Origin: Patescibacteria group bacterium
GTDB taxonomy: Bacteria > Patescibacteriota > Minisyncoccia > Phycocordibacterales > UBA1006
NCBI GenBank assembly: GCA_020428645.1
Contig: JAGQMN010000002.1
Coordinates: 36 to 64,035, forward strand
Direction of reading: 5' to 3'
DNA: 64,000 nt
Made by a program: the position numbers and the translations under genes. The notes under the pieces were generated by a model. The model did no database searches. It was not told the DNA's origin and saw nothing but the letters and a program-made list of their open reading frames with translations. Positions 56,717 through 64,000 of the stretch are shown piece after piece; position 1 is the first letter of the stretch; the number at the start of each line of letters is the position of its first letter.

Positions 56717-56818
56717 AAACGAAATGAATATCGAGGAGGCGAGAAAAAAGAGCGCGAGGCGTATTCTACATACGGTGAGCGTTCTTTTTTCGTAGACGAC
56801 AAAGATAGTCGTTCGTTT
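56717..56818. repeat. structured repeat unit 2 downstream of gap
   Basis: AAACGAA...TTCGTTT termini pair, with an inner A/T-run helix around GCGAGAAAAAAGAGCGC / GAGCGTTCTTTTTTCGT. The unit abuts the gap stop codon. Confidence 0.5.
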
Positions 56819-57867
56819 TAGAGTTTGCTCCCCGTTTCAATAACGTGGCGGACGAGCGTATTGGTATACCCCATCTCGTTGTCATACCACGCCATAACCT
56901 TCACGAGGTTCCCATCAACCACGCGGGTCATTGGTAGATCAGCAATCGATGCGTGGGTGTTACCAATAATGTCAGACGATACGATTGGTTCTTCGGTCAC
57001 CATAAAGATACCTTCCCATCGTGGGTCTTTGGCTGCGTCTTTGAGAATTTGGTTTACTTCTTCGACGCTGGTATCACGTTTTGCGAGGAAGGTCACATCG
57101 GCAATTGATCCTGATACGACCGGCACGCGGCAAGCAATACCGTCAAATTTCCCTTCAAGGGCCGGAATCGCCTGGGTCACCGCAACCGCAGCACCCGTCG
57201 ATGATGGAATGATGTTTTGCGCGGCTGCGCGGCCTGCGCGGTAATCCTTGCCTCCCTTGGCAGGACTATCAACAATGGCCTGGGTGGCAGTGTAGGCATG
57301 AGTGGTGTTTAAGAGGGCCTTCTCAATACCAATCGCATCGTTCAAGATTGAAACCACTGGTGCGCTGGCGTTCGTCGTACATGAACCATTTGAGGAAATC
57401 TGACAAGTTCCCACAGTGTCGTTATTGACGCCTAGGAGCGCCGTCCCTGAACTGACCCCTTCGCGTGGTTCGCCCTTTCCAGGTGCTGAAATCACCACGC
57501 GTTTAGCCCCAGCATCGAGGTGTAATGCAGCCTGGTCATATTTCGTAAAGAATCCTGTTGATTCAATGACGACATCAATATCCATCTCACCCCACGGTAG
57601 GTTTTGTGGTTCTCTTTCCTGAAGAATACGTACATCGTTTCCATTTACAAAGAGGTGTGTTCTTCCGTCATCAGAGCTTGATACCTCAAGACCACTCTTT
57701 CCCTGTGCTGTGTCATAGCGTAATAGGTATGCAAGGTTGTTAATGTCTCCTAAATCGTTAATAGCAACAATATCGATGTTTGGATACTGTGCCTGAGCAA
57801 GACGGAAAAATGCACGTCCAATCCGTCCAAAGCCATTAATGGCTACTTTAATCTTTTTCTCTGTCAT
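56818..57867 (-). CDS. gap: glyceraldehyde-3-phosphate dehydrogenase
   Basis: 349 aa: INGFGRIGR, SNGSCTTN (catalytic Cys), WYDNEMGY. Confidence 0.95.
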   Translation of the reverse strand: MTEKKIKVAINGFGRIGRAFFRLAQAQYPNIDIVAINDLGDINNLAYLLRYDTAQGKSGLEVSSSDDGRTHLFVNGNDVRILQEREPQNLPWGEMDIDVVIESTGFFTKYDQAALHLDAGAKRVVISAPGKGEPREGVSSGTALLGVNNDTVGTCQISSNGSCTTNASAPVVSILNDAIGIEKALLNTTHAYTATQAIVDSPAKGGKDYRAGRAAAQNIIPSSTGAAVAVTQAIPALEGKFDGIACRVPVVSGSIADVTFLAKRDTSVEEVNQILKDAAKDPRWEGIFMVTEEPIVSSDIIGNTHASIADLPMTRVVDGNLVKVMAWYDNEMGYTNTLVRHVIETGSKL

Positions 57868-57922
57868 AATGGGTACAGTATACCAGGTTGTGGTGAGAAA
57901 ATAAAAAACTGACCGTTTCAGA

Positions 57923-58528
57923 TCAGTTTTTCAAAGGTTGTGTGTATGTTCCACCTATACTTATGAGTAATCCAACAACAAACTCATTGTTAGATAAGTA
58001 CGTACTGGATAATCTAATGTTGTTCCACCGTTTACCTCCGGTAAACCTCAGTTCAAGTTGAGGTCCAATATGTTCATTATTACTGGAGATACCACCTCGA
58101 ATAAAGTGTCCCATGATGTTAAAAACAATACTGGTACTGACACCATGGCTCGTCAGATTTGTTGAGCCATAGTTAAACCGAGCGATGCCTTCTGTAAAAG
58201 GTACGCGAATTTCACAACGAATTAATTCGTCAAAATTATCTGAGATTGGGTCATATCGTACACCGATACTTGGTACGATAAACGCTCGCTCACCAATAAA
58301 CATGATATAGCCGATAAACACTTCTCCAGTTTCAAAATCTCGAATCCGAAACATGGTCTGAAAATCAAAACCACCAATTGTTTGTCGGTACCGTACGGTG
58401 TGTACATTGTTAGTGTTAGCAAGTATATCAACACGCGATATAATTTTTTCGTGAGCTGGTTTCTCTTGAGAAAAACCAATAAACGAAATACACAACAGCA
58501 ATAGTAGAAAAGTTTTTCTCATAACCAA
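57923..58528 (-). CDS. secreted beta-rich hypothetical protein
   Basis: 201 aa with a signal peptide MRKTFLLLLLCISFIGFSQ and alternating beta-strand-like composition. Confidence 0.35.
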   Translation of the reverse strand: MVMRKTFLLLLLCISFIGFSQEKPAHEKIISRVDILANTNNVHTVRYRQTIGGFDFQTMFRIRDFETGEVFIGYIMFIGERAFIVPSIGVRYDPISDNFDELIRCEIRVPFTEGIARFNYGSTNLTSHGVSTSIVFNIMGHFIRGGISSNNEHIGPQLELRFTGGKRWNNIRLSSTYLSNNEFVVGLLISIGGTYTQPLKN

Positions 58529-58602
58529 AAAATTTTAGAGTTGTATTAGTTTTTTGTATTAAACCATATTTAAGAAAAAATAACATACCCTCGTTGGATA
58601 TG

Positions 58603-59115
58603 TTATTTTTGTGAGTGTATGAGTTTATCTCGTAACTCTTCTAATTCATTTTCTTGTGCTCTCGGTCCACCACCTGAAGAAATCCACCCTTCGTAGGTAT
58701 CAAACCAGAATTCTTTACCTGAGAGGTGCTGTTTCCACTCTCCTCTCTTGAGGTGTTCAGTACCATGCATCGGAAACAGTTTAATATGGGCGTGATCAAT
58801 GCCCGTTCCCTCCATCATGACACCGACGCGACCAACATCATCAAAATAATTTTCTAGTATCCGTGTTACCTTTTTTGAAGCAATAATGAAATCCCGAAGT
58901 ACATCATCTGGCATCTTCATTACGTCACTGCCAAAGTGTTTTTTGGGTATAACACAACTAAATCCTTTAGTATTAGGATCAATCGACAAAAATGCCATAA
59001 AGTGATCATCCTCCCAAAAAATTCCAGGGGTTTTTAATCGCCTAGTCACAATTTCACAGAATGGGCATGCATGTTCTTTTGTTGTTGGTTCGTAGTGTGT
59101 CATATTATTTTTCAA
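58603..59115 (-). CDS. HIT family hydrolase
   Basis: 170 aa: CPFCEI and the histidine triad context GIDHAHIKLFPMHG. Confidence 0.75.
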   Translation of the reverse strand: MKNNMTHYEPTTKEHACPFCEIVTRRLKTPGIFWEDDHFMAFLSIDPNTKGFSCVIPKKHFGSDVMKMPDDVLRDFIIASKKVTRILENYFDDVGRVGVMMEGTGIDHAHIKLFPMHGTEHLKRGEWKQHLSGKEFWFDTYEGWISSGGGPRAQENELEELRDKLIHSQK

Positions 59116-62100
59116 ATAAATTCAATTGCTCCTTGGTTCGAGGTCCACGCAACACCTCCAAAAATTCCAAAAGCTCACGATTTGTCGAATCTTTATATAC
59201 ATCTCCGTCTAAGAGTGTTCCATCGAGTACCCGTTCGGCGAGTTCGTTAATTAACACACGTACCTCGTCCACATCCGATTGATCAATTTCAAATCGTGCT
59301 TGTTCATACTCACCCTTGGTATTTGGTTCAATAAAATCAAACACTGCAGTGTGGAAATTATATTTACCATCGAATGCCTGCTGAAGCAGAAGTTTATAGA
59401 ATGCTGCCTGGCGTTTTGTTTTTGCCTTGCGATCTTTATCCATGTCTGAATACGTTTTTCCTGTTTTGTAATCCCAAACGATAATTTCACCCTTATCGTT
59501 CATGGTAATTTTATCAACGACTCCGGTGAGCTTGATCGTGATTCCGTTATCGAGTTCGAACGGTATTACCGGAATACGTTTTTCAGTGTATGTAGGCACA
59601 ACAAAATCTGTGTGCTGATTATCAAAATAATTACTGAGTACACCCCATGCACGTTCACGATACTCTTCATAGGTGTGGTTTCTCGAGAGTACCAATGCAA
59701 ACGAAGACTCAAGTACATCTTTTCCTTGAATCGCATGCGCATCAATACAGGTGTTAAAGTAGTGTTCCAATGTTTCATGCACTACGTTTCCAAATTCTAA
59801 AAACGGAGAACGAGCTTCAGGGAGGTGGACTAAATTTCTGAAAAAGTATTTAAGTGGTGATTCAACGTAATTATTCAACGCTGATACCGAGAGTGTATTG
59901 CTTAGAAACTGCTCGCGTACATAATCAGGATCAATGAGCGACACGATGTGTTCCTGTGATTGACCAAAGAAATCTGCTACGTTTTCAGTATGTTCTTTCT
60001 CCCAGGATGACATATCAATGTGGGATACTGATTCCATCTCGTTAATATGAAGTGATCGGTTTTTCTCACGACCTTCCTCGTCATACACATAACTACTGAC
60101 AAAACAATTTTTGCGAGTACGGGTAAGTGCCACGTAAAAGAGACGGCGTTCGTCTTCAATATCCCCATCACTAAATTCATCAAACGGCAGGGTAATATCG
60201 CGCGCTACTTTTTTCTTTGCGAGTGCTTTGACAACATAGACAGTGTCGAATTCGAGCCCTTTTGAACCGTGAAAGGTTAGGAGATTCACTCCATCAGAGA
60301 GCGTGTTCGTAATATTCATCGTAATACCATGCTGTTTCATAGTATTGAGATATGTAATCAGATCATCAAGGACAAAACTTTCTCGTCCACTTGTTTCCTT
60401 TTTGATTTCATCAAAAAGTTTTTCAAGTTTGTGAATAGCGAGTACTGATTGCTGTTGTGACAATAGGTAGGTCAAACAACCACTCTCCCGAACAAAATCA
60501 GAGAAAAAACCAAGTGCGTCAGTTGCCTCTGATTGTTGCTTTTGATTTTTGATCATATCCACAAATTCGGCGTACCGAGGTAAGCGTTCCTCGAGAATAC
60601 CCGCCTCCTGTAGTTTCTCAGGGGTTTCGAGAATCGTCATAATCGCACTATGGTAGTCACCACGAGCGTTACGTGATTTTTGAAGGATACGCTCTACATC
60701 AAACACATCAAACCCAAGAAAATCAATAAACAATGTTTTTGCGAGGGCTTCGTTATCAGACGGATCATGAACTGTACGCAAGAGGTAAAACAACTTTTGA
60801 AGGTCGGAATCCTTAAGAATATTTTTCTTCGAGAAATCTTTGTAACGAATACTATAGACATCAAAAATTCTGCGGATGTCTTCAGCATCAGCATTGTTTC
60901 GATAGAGGACGGCAATTTCGTTTGGATTCTCGCCATTTTCTATACGTGATTTAATATCCTGTGCAAGCCACAGTACCTCCATTTTGTGATCATTAAATTC
61001 TCGGTACTCAACGACACCGTTATGATCAAAAAATGCTTTGAGCAGTGCCTCATCACTATGGTGTGGTGATGAGGTAATGACCTCATGTGCGTGCTCAAGA
61101 ACCTCTTGATGTGATCGATAGTTCTCGGTCAGGTTAATAATCACAGGATCAGAGACAAGACCTAACAGTCGGGTGTAGGATTCTTCGCTCGCACCGGCAA
61201 ATCGAAAAATTGCCTGTTTTCTATCACCCACTACAAAGAGATTTGGTTTGCCTTCTGATACCGGATTATCAATCAAGTGTTGGATAATCGTATTCTGTGC
61301 ATCGTTGGTATCCTGGTGTTCATCAACGAGAATATACTGAAACTGTTCTTGGAGTTCGGCTTTCAAAACTGAATCTGGTTTTCCAAGTTCGTGTACAAAA
61401 CGAATAATCACATCATCAAAATCGTATAATCCCTGTGATCGTAATTGTTGTTGGTACTCTTCGTAGATATCTGCGAGTTCAAGGTTTTTATTCTTGCGCT
61501 CTTCGAGTTTGCGTTGTTCACCTGGTTTAATGTCGCCCGCCTTAAATTCCTTGTACACGCGTTTGTAACGAATATCATCACTCGCCATATCTCGTTCAAA
61601 GGTTTCTATTGTGTGTGTCCGGAACTCGTCCGGTGTCATTCCCTCTTCTTTGATTTTTCCAAGAGCAAAGACGATCGAACGTAGAGTACTCTCTCGCCGT
61701 TTAAATACAGAAAAATAGTGTGTACCGTGACTGTCAGCAATGGTTTCAATGAGTTCAATCTGTTCAACGGGTGAAATCAGTCGTGACCCAAACGGAGTAT
61801 CAAAGAGATCCTGGTACCGTTTCATCATATCCTCGGCAAAGGCATGGAAGGTACTGATGTATACACGGTGAGCTGCCTCGGGACCTGTAATGGTCGCAAG
61901 GCGTTCACGCATGTTGTAGGCAGCAGTATTCGTAAAGGTGAGCGCAAGAATATTTTCCGGCTCTACGTCAGTTTGCTTGAGAATGTTGGCGATACGAAGC
62001 GTGAGAATTTGGGTTTTTCCAGTTCCAGGACCTGCCATAACAAAGACTGGTCCATCGATGGTGTCGACAGCCTGTTTCTGTTGCGGATTGAGTCGATCGT

Positions 62101-62122
62101 AGAGTTCCTGGAAGGATTGCAT
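59105..62122 (-). CDS. UvrD/PcrA/AddA-type DNA helicase with a C-terminal PD-(D/E)XK nuclease-like domain
   Basis: 1005 aa: Walker A AGPGTGKT, DEHQDTN, VGDRKQAIFRFAGA, FHGSKGLEFD. C-terminal GVVDKI...VWDYKTGK nuclease motif. Confidence 0.88.
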   Translation of the reverse strand: MQSFQELYDRLNPQQKQAVDTIDGPVFVMAGPGTGKTQILTLRIANILKQTDVEPENILALTFTNTAAYNMRERLATITGPEAAHRVYISTFHAFAEDMMKRYQDLFDTPFGSRLISPVEQIELIETIADSHGTHYFSVFKRRESTLRSIVFALGKIKEEGMTPDEFRTHTIETFERDMASDDIRYKRVYKEFKAGDIKPGEQRKLEERKNKNLELADIYEEYQQQLRSQGLYDFDDVIIRFVHELGKPDSVLKAELQEQFQYILVDEHQDTNDAQNTIIQHLIDNPVSEGKPNLFVVGDRKQAIFRFAGASEESYTRLLGLVSDPVIINLTENYRSHQEVLEHAHEVITSSPHHSDEALLKAFFDHNGVVEYREFNDHKMEVLWLAQDIKSRIENGENPNEIAVLYRNNADAEDIRRIFDVYSIRYKDFSKKNILKDSDLQKLFYLLRTVHDPSDNEALAKTLFIDFLGFDVFDVERILQKSRNARGDYHSAIMTILETPEKLQEAGILEERLPRYAEFVDMIKNQKQQSEATDALGFFSDFVRESGCLTYLLSQQQSVLAIHKLEKLFDEIKKETSGRESFVLDDLITYLNTMKQHGITMNITNTLSDGVNLLTFHGSKGLEFDTVYVVKALAKKKVARDITLPFDEFSDGDIEDERRLFYVALTRTRKNCFVSSYVYDEEGREKNRSLHINEMESVSHIDMSSWEKEHTENVADFFGQSQEHIVSLIDPDYVREQFLSNTLSVSALNNYVESPLKYFFRNLVHLPEARSPFLEFGNVVHETLEHYFNTCIDAHAIQGKDVLESSFALVLSRNHTYEEYRERAWGVLSNYFDNQHTDFVVPTYTEKRIPVIPFELDNGITIKLTGVVDKITMNDKGEIIVWDYKTGKTYSDMDKDRKAKTKRQAAFYKLLLQQAFDGKYNFHTAVFDFIEPNTKGEYEQARFEIDQSDVDEVRVLINELAERVLDGTLLDGDVYKDSTNRELLEFLEVLRGPRTKEQLNLFEK

Positions 62123-62236
62123 AGTAAAATTATACCATTCATTAATATAATAGATAGCTTGTTTTTTTTAAAAAAAAGATTACAATAGTACTGAGTAAGA
62201 CTCGTTACGAAGTACTGACATACTTCTTTTAAATTG

Positions 62237-62381
62237 AAAGCCACATAATACTTACGTTTTTAATCTAAACTACCCTGTTTTTATATAGAGGGGATATTGT
62301 AGACGCACTTTATCAAGTGACTCACCCGAAACAAGCGGAAAAAGACTCTTGTTGTTAAAAACGTAAGTATTATGTGGCTTT
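62237..62381. repeat. 27-bp perfect inverted repeat with a 91-nt spacer
   Basis: AAAGCCACATAATACTTACGTTTTTAA (62237-62263) pairs with TTAAAAACGTAAGTATTATGTGGCTTT (62355-62381). Confidence 0.8.
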
Positions 62382-62394
62382 TTCTTATTATAAC

Positions 62395-62994
62395 ATGAGT
62401 ATTAGAGATAGAAAGTTATATTTTGCAAAATTCGCAAAATTCGCAAAATTAGATACCATGGTTTTAAAATATTCACTAACTTTTAAAACGACAACTATGT
62501 GTAGAGGAGCTCTTCAGATGACCCCAAAAGAGGTGATCGCCGAAAACATTTCTATTGATTCGATTCAATTTCCAGGTCCAACTATCAAAAAAGATTTTAT
62601 AACTCGAGTGTATAAATATCTTAATGACACACTACCAAAAGTAAAAACTGAGGTAGAACGTTTGGAAATTATGAACTACGTTTCTGAAAATATAGATCAC
62701 TTTGATTTACGGAATACAGTAATATCTCAAGCTCAATTAAAAAACGCTCGAAACATAATTCAATCAAAGAGAAATCGTTTTGCCGGAAAAGCGAAACAAA
62801 TTCTTACATTTCCTGAACCCCCAAATGAAAGCCAAGAACATGTTATTGGTGCATTCATTGCTGACATTCAAAAAAATGTAGCGGTAGCAGGAATTGCTGA
62901 TCTTGGTTTGTGCGAACGCGATCACCTACGGCTCAATTTGATTATTCAAAATCATTTGATGCGACAAATCCAGCAACAAAAAATTGCTAGTTAA
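62395..62994 (+). CDS. hypothetical protein (start uncertain)
   Basis: The track start (GTG 62374) lies inside the inverted-repeat arm. ATGs at 62395 or 62458 are more plausible. No recognisable family. Confidence 0.4.
   Translation: MSIRDRKLYFAKFAKFAKLDTMVLKYSLTFKTTTMCRGALQMTPKEVIAENISIDSIQFPGPTIKKDFITRVYKYLNDTLPKVKTEVERLEIMNYVSENIDHFDLRNTVISQAQLKNARNIIQSKRNRFAGKAKQILTFPEPPNESQEHVIGAFIADIQKNVAVAGIADLGLCERDHLRLNLIIQNHLMRQIQQQKIAS
62422..62448 (+). repeat. three tandem 9-mers
   Basis: TTTGCAAAA TTCGCAAAA TTCGCAAAA. Read as FAKFAKFAK in the track ORF. Confidence 0.7.
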
Positions 62995-63012
62995 AAAAAT
63001 ATAAAAACAGAG

Positions 63013-63828
63013 TTACCGCAAGGTAACCCTGTTTTTTGTTTGTTGTACAAACCCTTCTTTCTCCATGTGGTCTATAATTGTTTGATAGCGTTTGGTTGCG
63101 CGACCTAATTGTTTAAACAACACATCTTTTGCAACTGTTTGTTTCTCAAGGAGGAGTGCTAATATCTGCCCACGCAGTTGTCGATCAGAACCTTTGAATG
63201 TTGATTGTTTGGTGTAGTGACGGCTTTTTGTATTTGGATTGTGTCGCACAATTTTTGGAAGTGTTGATCCGTAATCCATCAAAGCTGCATACCATTCACG
63301 TGGATTTTCTATGATGCCTATATCATCTATGACACTCAAAATCTCTGTGTCTGTTACCTCATGAGCATCCTTAAAAAAATAGTGAATAAAAATTCGCCTA
63401 ATATTTGTTTCAATAATTGGAATATATTCATTGTACGCAAAGGCGCACACGGCTCCTGCGGTATAGGGTCCAATACCTGGTAATGTCACCAATTGATCAT
63501 AGGTTTTTGGTAATTTCCCCTTATATTCCTTGGTAATGAGCTGGGCAAGTTTTTGGAGTCGCAGTGCGCGAGAATTGTAGCCGAGCCCCTTCCAAACGCG
63601 GAGTACCTTAGATTGCGGTGCGTCGGCGAGTGCTCGCCACGATGGAAACTGTTTCATCCATGCGTTGAATAATGGGATCACCCGATCGACCTGTGTTTGT
63701 TGAAGCATAATTTCTGAAACAACGACACGGTACGGTGTAATCTGTTTTCTCCACGGTAAATGGTGTCGTCCATGTTCATGATAGTGATTCATAACATTAT
63801 CGTACATTTTTTTGTAGCGTGTCTTCAC
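63013..63828 (-). CDS. HhH-GPD base-excision DNA glycosylase (MutY/Nth family), no Fe-S Cys cluster seen
   Basis: 271 aa: PYRVVVSEIMLQQTQV, GLGYNSRA, LPGIGPYTAGAV. The C-terminus looks like a winged helix, and the Cx6Cx2Cx5C motif was not found. Confidence 0.75.
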   Translation of the reverse strand: MKTRYKKMYDNVMNHYHEHGRHHLPWRKQITPYRVVVSEIMLQQTQVDRVIPLFNAWMKQFPSWRALADAPQSKVLRVWKGLGYNSRALRLQKLAQLITKEYKGKLPKTYDQLVTLPGIGPYTAGAVCAFAYNEYIPIIETNIRRIFIHYFFKDAHEVTDTEILSVIDDIGIIENPREWYAALMDYGSTLPKIVRHNPNTKSRHYTKQSTFKGSDRQLRGQILALLLEKQTVAKDVLFKQLGRATKRYQTIIDHMEKEGFVQQTKNRVTLR

Positions 63829-63951
63829 GAGAAAAGTATACCAACAAAAAAAATTTCTGAAAAAAATAAAAAATACTATTGCAGAAAAAAAATAAGTGAT
63901 ATACTTTTAGTAACTAGTCGAGGTCGAGCTAGCCAATCTTTATCCATAACT

Positions 63952-64000
63952 ATGATCATCCAAACTATGGCGACAAAAAAGAAACCTGCTGCTAAAAAGA
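63952..64000 (+). CDS. start of an unidentified Lys/Ala-rich protein; runs off the window
   Basis: ATG at 63952: MIIQTMATKKKPAAKK.... Only 16 codons are visible. Confidence 0.25.
   Translation, partial: MIIQTMATKKKPAAKK

Noticed and set aside
57923-58528. Possible horizontally acquired outer-membrane beta-barrel protein (the signal peptide ends in FSQ, Bacteroidota-like)
   Set aside because: This rests only on an impression from the signal peptide and strand-like composition. It is too weak to claim either the fold or the origin.

Overview
This 64 kb window looks like a chromosomal segment from a small-genome bacterium with moderate-to-low G+C and few Shine-Dalgarno sites. The most likely source is a Candidate Phyla Radiation/Patescibacteria organism. 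That is an inference from gene content: a 150-aa mini EF-Ts, a ProRS without an editing domain, a split transketolase, non-oxidative pentose-phosphate and glycolysis genes, and a DGR with a four-helix-bundle Avd. Long conserved ORFs such as rpoB and rpoC read uninterrupted under the standard code.

The core backbone comprises:
- tgt (partial), mreC, mreB, proS, rpsB-tsf and tRNA-Thr
- a contiguous rpoB-rpoC-dnaG-rpoD block
- trmD, rnpB, lepB, hisS, def, fmt, a cyclophilin, hpf and truB
- a sugar-phosphate cluster (fba, PfkB kinase, split tkt, rpe, rpiB, gap)
- trhO, bcp, rsgA, a UvrD/AddA-like helicase-nuclease and a MutY-like glycosylase

Three accessory loci stand out.
1. A complete diversity-generating retroelement lies at 10.7-13.6 kb. 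Its TR/VR pair differs at 16 of 23 template adenines, and its avd gene is antisense to the other components.
2. The RNase P RNA gene has a 270-nt insert in its P3 helix. The insert carries an intact same-strand GIY-YIG nuclease ORF.
3. A mosaic island of about 6 kb (29.65-35.55 kb) begins at a duplicated def 3' end.
   - It is built from single-gene modules separated by a recurring junction that is conserved in structure but variable in sequence.
   - It is bounded by three copies of a roughly 90-nt end motif, two direct and one inverted.
   - It contains a roughly 470-nt ORF-free region rich in paired segments.

I regard loci 2 and 3 as the best candidates for something undescribed. Functional interpretations of the island are hypotheses only.
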